Part shown: piece by piece, positions 1 to 9,665 of the stretch | Layout of the letters: the number at the start of each line of letters is the position of its first letter | How positions within the stretch are numbered: position 1 is the stretch's first letter | NCBI GenBank assembly: GCA_964016885.1 | Contig: OZ024744.1 | Span: 102,796,001 to 102,860,000 of the forward strand | Origin: Eledone cirrhosa | Taxonomy: Eukaryota | DNA: 64,000 bases | Reading direction: 5' to 3' | Notes under the pieces: generated by a model | What the model was told of the DNA's origin: nothing | Seen by the model: only the letters and a program-made list of their open reading frames with translations | Databases searched by the model: none | Program-made: the position numbers and the translations under genes

Positions 1-2492
1 TGGTTGGTCTGTCGGTTGGTTGGTCAATCTGTCAGTTGGTCAGTTGGTCTGTCGGTCAGTTAGTTGGTCTGTCGGTCAGTTGGTTGGTCTGTCGGCTGGT
101 TGGTCAATCTGTCAGTTGGTCTGTCTCTCAGTTGGTTGGTCTGTCGGTTTGTTGGTCAATCTGTCAGTTAGTCAGTTGGTCTGTCTGTCAGTTGGTTGGT
201 CTGTCGGTTGGTTGGTCTGACGGTTTGTTGGTCAATCTGTCAGTTGGTCAGTCTGTCGGTTGGTTGGTCTGTCGGTTGGTTGGTCAATCTGTCAGTTGGT
301 CGGTTGGTCTGTCTCTCAGTTGGTTGGTCTGTCGGTTGGTCAATCTGTCAGTTGGTCAGTTGGTCAGTCTGTCAGTTGGTTGGTCTGTCGGTTGGTTGGT
401 CTGTCGGTTTGTTGGTCAATCTGTCAGTTGGTCGGTTGGTCTGTCTCTCAGTTGGTTGGTCTGTCGGTTGGTTGGTCAATCTGTCAGTTGGTCAGTCTGT
501 CAGTTGGTTGGTCTGTCGGTTGGTTGGTCTGTCGGTTGGTTGGTCAATCTGTCAGTTGGTCGGTTGGTCTGTCTCTCAGTTGGTTGGTCTGTCGGTTGGT
601 TGGTCAATCTGTCAGTGGTCAGTCTGTCAGTTGGTTGGTCTGTCGGTTGGTTGGTCTGTCGGTTTGTTGGTCAATCTGTCAGTTGGTCAGTCTGACGGTT
701 TGTTGGTCAATCTGTCAGTTGGTCAGTTGGTCTGTCTGTCTGTCAGTTGGCCAGTCTGTCAGTTGGTTGGTCTGTCGGTTTGTTGGTCAATCTGTCAGTT
801 GGTCAGTTGGTCTGTCTGTCAGTTGGTTGGTCTGTCGGTTTGTTGGTCAATCTGTCAGTTGGTCTGTCTCTCAGTTGGTTGGTCAATCTGTCAGTTGGTC
901 TGTCTCTCAGTTGGTTGGTCTGTTGGTTGGTTGGTCAATCTGTCAGTTGGTCTGTCGGCTGGTTGGTCAATCTGTCAGTTGGTCTGTCTCTCAGTTGGTT
1001 GGTCTGTCAGCTGGTTGGTCAATCTGTCAGTTGGTCAGTTGGTCTGTCTCTTAGTTGGTTGGTCTGTTGGTTGGTCAATCTGTCAGTTGGTCAGTTGGTC
1101 TGTCTGTCAGTTGGTTGGTCAATCTGTCAGTTGGTCAGTTGGTCTGTCTGACAGTTGGTTGGTCTGTCGGTTGGTTGGTCAATCTGTCAGTTGGTCAGTC
1201 TGTCAGTTGGTTGGTCTGTCGGTTGGTTGGTCAATCTGTCAGTTGGTCAGTTGGTCTGTCTGTCAGTTGGTTGGTCTGTCGGTTGGTTGGTCAATCTGTC
1301 AGTTGGTCAGTTGGTCTGTCGGTCAGTTGGTTGGTCTGTCGGCTGGTTGGTCAATCTGTCGGTTGGTCTGTCTCTCAGTTGGTTGGTCTGTCGGTTTGTT
1401 GGTCAATCTGTCAGTTGGTCTGTCTCTCAGTTGGTTGGTCTGTCGGCTGGTTGGTCAATCTCTCAGTTGGTCAGTTGGTCTGTCTCTCAGTTGGTTGGTC
1501 TGTCAGTTGGTCAGTTGGTCTGTCTGTCAGTTGGTTGGTCTGTCGGTTGGTTGGTCAATCTGTCAGTTGGTTGGTCTGTCGGTTGGTTGGTCAATCTGTC
1601 AGTTGGTCAGTCTGTCAGTTGGTTGGTCTGTCGGTTGGTTGGTCAATCTGTCAGTTGGTCAGTTGGTCTGTCTTTCAGTTGGTTGGTCTGTTGGTTGGTT
1701 GGTCAATCTGTCAGTTGGTCAGTTGGTCTGTCTGTCAGTTGGTTGGTCAATCTGTCAGTCGGTCAGTCTGACAGTTGGTTGGTCTGCCTGTCGGTTGGTC
1801 AGTCTGTCAGTTGGTTGGTCTGTCGGTTGGTTGGTCAATCTGTCCGTTGGTCAGTTGGTCTGTCGGTTAGTTGGTTGGTCTGTCGGCTGGTTGGTCAATC
1901 TGTCGGTTGGTCTGTCTCTCAGTTGGTTGGTCTGTCGGTTTGTTGGTCAATCTGTCAGTTGGTCTGTCTCTCAGTTGGTTGGTCTGTCGGCTGGTTGGTC
2001 AATCTGTCAGTTGGTCAGTTGGTCTGTCTCTCAGTTGGTTGGTCTGTTGGTTGGTTGGTCAATCTGTCAGTTGGTCAGTTGGTCTGTCTGTCAGTTGGTT
2101 GGTCTGTCGGTTGGTTGGTCAATCTGTCAGTTGGTTGGTCTGTCGGTTGGTTGGTCAATCTGTCAGTTGGTCAGTCTGTCAGTTGGTTGGTCTGTCGGTT
2201 GGTTGGTCAATCTGTCAGTTGGTCAGTTGGTCTGTCTCAGTTGGTTGGTCTGTCGGTTGGTTGGTCAATCTGTCAGTTGGTCAGTTGGTCTGTCTATCAA
2301 TTGGTCTGTTAGTATGTCAGTAGGTCAGTCTGTTTGTCTGTCAGTTGGTCGGTTGGTTGGTTAGTCTGTTTGTCTGTCAGTTGGTCAGTCAGTTAGTTTG
2401 TCTGTCTGTTGGTCAGTCAGTCAGTTGGTTGGTCTGTTAGTTGGTCAGTCAGTCAGTTAGTTGGTCAGTGGGTCAGTCAGTCTGTTGGTTGG
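1..2492. repeat. Compound tetranucleotide microsatellite/minisatellite built from TGGT, CTGT, CAGT, CGGT, CAAT and CTCT words (truncated by window start)
   Basis: The sequence parses continuously into 4-mers such as tggt-tggt-caat-ctgt-cagt. Adjacent 60-bp blocks at 1201-1260 and 1261-1320 are identical. The repeat degenerates after ~2290. Confidence 0.96.
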
Positions 2493-2798
2493 TGAGAGAG
2501 AGAGAGAGGTGAAGAGCAAAAAAGAGACAGAGTGAGTGGGAGAAAGAGAAAGAGACCAATGGAGAAAGAGAGAATGGAACGGAGTGTGGGAGAGTGAGAC
2601 AGACAGTAAGGGAAAGAAAAAGCGTGAACAATGGAGAGAGAAGGAGAGACAGAATGAGAGCGGGAGAGACTGACCGAGAAAGAGAGAGAGTAAAACAGAG
2701 TGTGAGAAAGAGAGAGACGGACAAAGAGTGAGAGAGGGGGAGACAGACAGAGAGTGGAAGAGAGAGAGAGAGAGACTGACATAGAAAAAGAGACAAAG
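2493..2798 (+). repeat. GA-rich low-complexity polypurine tract with (GA)n runs
   Basis: The + strand is strongly purine-biased, with (GA)n runs near 2493-2508, 2680-2690 and 2759-2775. Confidence 0.9.
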
Positions 2799-2877
2799 GT
2801 AAGATATAAATATATATGAGGTCCACATTCCACGTAACTTATTTATCAATCAACTAAGCAGTAATCCATAAAATCAT

Positions 2878-3118
2878 CCAGTCCACCCCATAAGGTGGTT
2901 GCGTTGCTGACTGAATAAATTGAACTCGGTTCATTTTGTATGGTGGTTGTGCTTGCTACCTAATAAAAAGCATCAACTAGTTCACCCTGAAAGATGGTCT
3001 TACTGGTGACATGACAAAACAACACCTGTAAGGTGGTACAGCTGGTATCACCAGAAAACAACAAGTTCATCATCCCAGATTGTTAATTTGGTCCCACAAT
3101 AAAAAGCACACAGTCTAC
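2878..3118 (+). repeat. Degenerate relic monomers of the 48-bp satellite family (about 4-5 copies)
   Basis: GGTGGTTG occurs at 2894 and 2942 and AATAAA at 2914 and 2962, both exactly 48 bp apart. Segments 2878-2925 and 2926-2973 each match a B monomer at about 29/48 positions without gaps (hand alignment). TAAAAAGCACACAGTCTAC near 3100 matches the B variant TAAAAAGCAGTCAGTCTAC at 17/19. Confidence 0.65.
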
Positions 3119-3208
3119 AACAAAAAAACAGATACATATAAGACAACATCTCCTGAATTGTCTCATAATTTGGCATCATATCTATCACATGGAAAACGGA
3201 TGTTAAAA

Positions 3209-3248
3209 GACGTTGATGATGATGACGACGTTGATGAAGATGATGACA

Positions 3249-3280
<32 letters not shown>
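3209..3280 (+). repeat. (GAT)n trinucleotide microsatellite; perfect (GAT)10 at 3251-3280 with a degenerate 5' part
   Basis: Directly visible. It explains the poly-Asp and poly-His ORF translations. Confidence 0.96.
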
Positions 3281-3281
<1 letters not shown>

Positions 3282-3367
3282 TATCATTTTACACTGTAAA
3301 TTCTTAAGGCAATTTTATATTAACTGGTTTCACAACAAAACTGGGACCACAATGGAAGGTATTCAGT

Positions 3368-6300
3368 CCACTGTCTAAAATGGTCCTGCTGCCACCAATA
3401 CGAAAAGTACTGACCACTGTCTAAAATGGTCCTGCTGCCACCAATACGAAAAGTACTGACCACTGTCTAAAATGGTCCTGCTGCCACCAATACAAAAAGT
3501 ACTGACCACTGTCTAAAATGGTCCTGCTGCCACCAATACGAAAAGTACTGATCACTGTCTAAAATGGTCCTGCTGCCACCAATACGAAAAGTACTGACCA
3601 CTGTCTAAAATGGTCCTGCTGCCACCAATACGAAAAGTACTGATCACTGTCTAAAATGGTCCTGCTGCCACCAATACAAAAAGTACTGACCACTGTCTAA
3701 AATGGTCCTGCTGCCACCAATACAAAAAGTACTGACCACTGTCTAAAATGGTCCTGCTGCCACCAATACGAAAAGTACTGATCACTGTCTAAAATGGTCC
3801 TGCTGCCACCAATACAAAAAGTACTGACCACTGTCTAAAATGGTCCTGCTGCCACCAATACGAAAAGTACTGATCACTGTCTAAAATGGTCCTGCTGCCA
3901 CCAATACAAAAAGTACTGACCACTGTCTAAAATGGTCCTGCTGCCACCAATACGAAAAGTACTGACCACTGTCTAAAATGGTCCTGCTGCCACCAATAAA
4001 AAAAGTACTGACCACTGTCTAAAATGGTCCTGCCACCAATACAAAAAGTACTGACCACTGTCTAAAATGGTCCTGCTGCCACCAGTACAAAAAGTACTGA
4101 CCACTGTCTAAAATGGTCCTGCTGCCACCAGTACAAAAAGTACTGACCACTGTCTAAAATGGTCCTGCTGCCACCAATACAAAAAGTACTGACCACTGTC
4201 TAAAATGGTCCTGCTGCCACCAGTACAAAAAGTACTGACCACTGTCTAAAATGGTCCTGCTGCCACCAATAAAAAAAGTACTGACCACTATCTAAAATGG
4301 TCCTGCCACCAATACAAAAAGTACTGACCACTGTCTAAAATGGTCCTGCTGCCACCAATACGAAAAGTACTGACCACTGTCTAAAATGGTCCTGCTGCCA
4401 CCAATACAAAAAGTACTGACCACTGTCTAAAATGGTCCTGCTGCCACCAATACGAAAAGTACTGATCACTGTCTAAAATGGTCCTGCTGCCACCAATACA
4501 AAAAGTACTGACCACTGTCTAAAATGGTCCTGCTGCCACCAATACGAAAAGTACTGATCACTGTCTAAAATGGTCCTGCTGCCACCAATACAAAAAGTAC
4601 TGACCACTGTCTAAAATGGTCCTGCTGCCACCAATACGAAAAGTACTGACCACTGTCTAAAATGGTCCTGCTGCCACCAATAAAAAAAGTACTGACCACT
4701 GTCTAAAATGGTCCTGCCACCAATACAAAAAGTACTGACCACTGTCTAAAATGGTCCTGCTGCCACCAGTACAAAAAGTACTGACCACTGTCTAAAATGG
4801 TCCTGCTGCCACCAGTACAAAAAGTACTGACCACTGTCTAAAATGGTCCTGCTGCCACCAATACAAAAAGTACTGACCACTGTCTAAAATGGTCCTGCTG
4901 CCACCAGTACAAAAAGTACTGACCACTGTCTAAAATGGTCCTGCTGCCACCAATAAAAAAAGTACTGACCACTATCTAAAATGGTCCTGCCACCAATACA
5001 AAAAGTACTGACCACTGTCTAAAATGGTCCTGCTGCCACCAATACGAAAAGTACTGACCACTGTCTAAAATGGTCCTGCTGCCACCAATAAAAAAAGTAC
5101 TGACCACTGTCTAAAATGGTCCTGCCACCAATACAAAAAGTACTGACCACTGTCTAAAATGGTCCTGCTGCCACCAGTACAAAAAGTACTGACCACTGTC
5201 TAAAATGGTCCTGCTGCCACCAGTACAAAAAGTACTGACCACTGTCTAAAATGGTCCTGCTGCCACCAATACAAAAAGTACTGACCACTGTCTAAAATGG
5301 TCCTGCTGCCACCAGTACAAAAAGTACTGACCACTGTCTAAAATGGTCCTGCTGCCACCAATAAAAAAAGTACTGACCACTGTCTAAAATGGTCCTGCCA
5401 CCAATACAAAAAGTACTGACCACTGTCTAAAATGGTCCTGCTGCCACCAGTACAAAAAGTACTGACCACTGTCTAAAATGGTCCTGCTGCCACCAGTACA
5501 AAAAGTACTGACCACTGTCTAAAATGGTCCTGCTGCCACCAATACAAAAAGTACTGACCACTGTCTAAAATGGTCCTGCTGCCACCAATACAAAAAGTAC
5601 TGACCACTGTCTAAAACGGTCCTACTGCCACCAATACGAAAAGTACTGACCACTGTCTAAAATGGTCCTGACACCAATACAAAAAGTACTGACCACTGTC
5701 TAAAATGGTCCTGCTGCCACCAGTACAAAAAGTACTGACCACTGTCTAAAATGGTCCTGCTACCACCAATACAAAAAGTACTGACCACTGTCTAAAATGG
5801 TCCTGCTGCCACCAATACGAAAAGTACTGACCACTGTCTAAAATGGTCCTGCTGCCACCAATACAAAAAGTACTGACCACTGTCTAAAATGGTCCTGACA
5901 CCAATACAAAAAGTACTGACCACTGTCTAAAATGGTCCTGCTGCCACCAATACAAAAAGTACTGACCACTGTCTAAAATGGTCCTGCTGCCACCAATACG
6001 AAAAGTACTGACCACTATCTAAAATGGTCCTGCCACCAATACAAAAAGTACTGACCACTGTCTAAAATGGTCCTGCTGCCACCAATACAAAAAGTACTGA
6101 CCACTGTCTAAAATGGTCCTGCTGCCACCAATACGAACATTACTGACCACTGTCTAAAATGGTCCTGCTGCCACCAATACAAAAAGTACTGACCACTGTC
6201 TCAAATGGTCCTGCTGCCACCAATACGAAAAGTACTGACCACTGTCTAAAACGGTCCTACTGCCACCAATACGAAAAGGACTCACCACTGTCTAAAATGG

Positions 6301-9300
6301 TCCTGCTGCCACCAATACGAAAAGTACTGACCACTGTCTAAAATGGTCCTGCTGCCACCAGTACAAAAAGTACTGACCACTATCTAAAATGGTCCTGCTG
6401 CCACCAATACAAAAAGTACTGACCACTGTCTAAAATGGTCCTGCTGCCACCAATACAAAAAGTACTGACCACTGTCTAAATTGCTCCTGCTGCCACCAGT
6501 ACAAAAAGTACTGACCACTGTCTAAAATGGTCCTGCTGCCACCAATACGAAAATTACTGACCACTGTCTAAAATGGTCCTGCTGCCACCAATACAAAAAG
6601 TACTGACCACTGTCTCAAATGGTCCTGCCACCAATACAAAAAGTACTGACCACTGTCTCAAATGGTCCTGCTGCCACCAATACGAAAAGTACTGACCACT
6701 GTCTAAAATGGTCCTGCCACCAATACAAAAAGTACTGACCACTGTCTCAAATGGTCCTGCCACCAATACAAAAAGTACTGACCACTGTCTAAAATGGTCC
6801 TGCTGCCACCAATACAAAAAGTACTGACCACTGTCTAAAATGCTCCTGCCACCAATACAAAAAGTACTGACCACTGTCTAAAATGGTCCTGCTGCCACCA
6901 ATACGAAAATTACTGACCACTGTCTAAAATGGTCCTGCTGCCACCAATACAAAAAGTACTGACCACTGTCTCAAATGGTCCTGCCACCAATACAAAAAGT
7001 ACTGACCACTGTCTCAAATGGTCCTGCTGCCACCAATACAAAAAGTACTGACCACTGTCTAAAATGGTCCTACTGCCACCAATACAAAAAGTACTGACCA
7101 CTGTCTAAAATGCTCCTGCCACCAATACAAAAAGTACTGACCACTGTCTAAAATGGTCCTGCTGCCACCAATACAAAAAGTACTGACCACTGTCTAAAAT
7201 GCTCCTGCTGCCACCAATACAAAAAGTACTGACCACTGTCTAAAATGGTCCTGCTGCCTCCAATACAAAAAGTACTGACCACTGTCTAAAATGGTCCTGC
7301 TGCCTCCAATACAAAAAGTACTGACCACTGTCTAAAATGCTCCTGCTGCCACCAATACAAAAAGTACTGACCACTGTCTAAAATGGTCCTGCTGCCTCCA
7401 ATACAAAAAGTACTGACCACTGTCTAAAATGGTCCTGCTGCCACCAATACAAAAAGTACTGACCACTGTCTAAAATGGTCCTGCTGCCACCAATACAAAA
7501 AGTACTGACCACTGTCTAAAATGCTCCTGCTGCCACCAATACAAAAAGTACTGACCACTGTCTAAAATGCTCCTGCTGCCACCAATACAAAAAGTACTGA
7601 CCACTGTCTAAAATGCTCCTGCTGCCACCAATACAAAAAGTACTGACCACTGTCTAAAATGGTCCTGCTGCCACCAATACAAAAAGTACTGACCACTGTC
7701 TAAAATGGTCCTACTGCCACCAATACAAAAAGTAGTGACCACTGTCTAAAATGGTCCTGCTACCAATACAAAGAGTACTGACCACTGTCTAAAATGCTCC
7801 TGCTGCCACCAATACAAAAAGTACTGACCACTGTCTAAAATGGTCCTACTGCCACCAATACAAAAAGTACTGACCACTGTCTAAAATGGTCCTGCTGCCA
7901 CCAATAATAAAAGTACTGACCACTGTCTGAAATGGTCCTACTGCCACCAATACAAAAAGTACTGACCACTGTCTAAAATGGTCCTGCTGCCACCAATACA
8001 AAAAGTACTGACCACTGTCTAAAATGGTCCTACTGCCACCAATACAAAAAGTACTGACCACTGTCTAAAATTCTCCTGCTGCCACCAATACAAAAAGTAC
8101 TGACCACTGTCTAAAATGGTCCTGCTGCCACCAATACAAAAAGTACTGACCACTGTCGAAAATGGTCCTGCTGCCACCAATACAACAAGTACTGACCACT
8201 GTCTAAAATGGTCCTGCCACCAATACAAAAACTACTGACCACTGTCTAAAATGGTCCTGCCACCAATACAAAAAAGTACTGACACTGTCTAAAATGGTCC
8301 TGCCACCAATACAAAAAGTACTGACCACTGTCTAAAATGCTCCTGCTGCCACCAATAAAAAAAGTACTGACCACTGTCTAAAATGCTCGTGCTGCCACCA
8401 ATACAAAAAGTACTGGCCACTGTCTAAAATGGTCCTGCTGCCACCAATACAAAAAGTACTGACCACTGTCTAAAATGGTCCTGCCACCAATACGAAAAGT
8501 ACTGACCACTGTCTAAAATGGTCCTGCTGCCACCAATACAAAAAGTACTGACCACTGTCTAAAATGGTCCTGCCACCAATACGAAAAGTACTGACCACTG
8601 TCTAAAATGGTCCTGCTGCCACCAGTACAAAAAGTACTGACCACTGTCTAAAATGGTCCTGCCACCAATACGAAAAGTACTGACCACTGTCTAAAATGCT
8701 CCTGCTGCCACCAATAAAAAAAGTACTGACCACTGTCTAAAATGCTCCTGCCACCAATACAAAAAGTACTGACCACTGTCTAAAATGCTCCTGCTGCCAC
8801 CAATAAAAAAAGTACTGACCACTGTCTAAAATGCTCCTGCCACCAATAAAAAAAGTACTGACCACTGTCTAAAATGCTCCTGCCACCAATACAAAAAGTA
8901 CTGACTACTGTCTAAAATGCTCCTGCTGCCACCAATACGAAAAGTACTGACCACTGTCTAAAATGGTCCTGCTGCCACCAATACGAAAAGTACTGACCAC
9001 TGTCTAAAATGGTCCTGCTGCCACCAATACAAAAAGTACTGACCACTGTCAAAAATGGTCCTGCTGCCACCAATACAAAAAGTACTGACCACTGTCTAAA
9101 ATGGTCCTGCTGCCACCAATACAAAAAGTACTCACCACTGTCTAAAATGGTCCTGCTGCCTCCAATACGAAAAGTACTGACCACTGTCGAAAATGGTCCT
9201 GCCACCAATACGAAAAGTACTGACCACTGTCTAAAATGGTCCTACTGCCACCAATACGAAAAGTACTGACCACTGTCAAAAATGGTCCTACTACCACCAA

Positions 9301-9665
9301 TACAAAAAGTACTGACCACTGTCTAAAATGGTCCTGCTGCCACCAGTACAAAAAGTACTGACCACTGTCTCAAATGGTCCTGCTGCCACCAATACAAAAA
9401 GTACTGACCACTGTCAACAATGGTCCTGCCACCAATACAACAAGTACTGACCACTGTCTAAAATGGTCCTGCTGCCACCAATACAAAAAGTACTGACCAC
9501 TGTCTAAAATGGTCCTGCTGCCACCAATACCAAAAGTACTGAGCACTCTCTCAAATGGTCCTGCTGCCACCAATAGAAAAAGTACTGACCACTGTCTAAA
9601 ATGGTCCTGCTGCCACCAATACAAAAAGTACTGACAACTGTCTAAAATGGTCCTGCTGCCACCAA
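3368..9665 (+). repeat. Satellite A: 46-bp tandem repeat CCACTGTCTAAAATGGTCCTGCTGCCACCAATAC(A/G)AAAAGTACTGA with a frequent 43-bp variant lacking one CTG; about 135-140 copies
   Basis: Consecutive units start at 3368 and 3414. Copies are head-to-tail and uninterrupted, and most carry AGTACT (ScaI) and GGTCC (AvaII) sites. Confidence 0.97.

Noticed and set aside
20-2364. Long ORFs (up to 722 aa) rich in V/G/W/S/L/C
   Set aside because: All three + frames give the same permuted peptide because a 4-bp repeat without stop codons is being translated. The starts are non-ATG and no domain is recognisable.
1-2492. Telomeric repeat or G-quadruplex array
   Set aside because: It has GG runs with essentially no GGG tracts and a heterogeneous 4-bp unit. 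The G/T-rich strand also points into the window rather than towards an end.
2796-2804. Splice-donor-like AAG|GTAAGA
   Set aside because: It is an isolated motif with no credible upstream exon or acceptor, and is expected by chance.
2457-2849. Minus-strand Ser/Leu-rich ORFs
   Set aside because: These are translations of the CT-rich complement of the GA tract, open in all three frames for compositional reasons.
2914-3103. AATAAA motifs as polyadenylation signals
   Set aside because: They fall at the position of the satellite's CTAAAAAG A-tract in the relic monomers, and no gene is evident.
3048-3307. Poly-His and poly-Asp short ORFs
   Set aside because: They are produced by the (GAT)n microsatellite.
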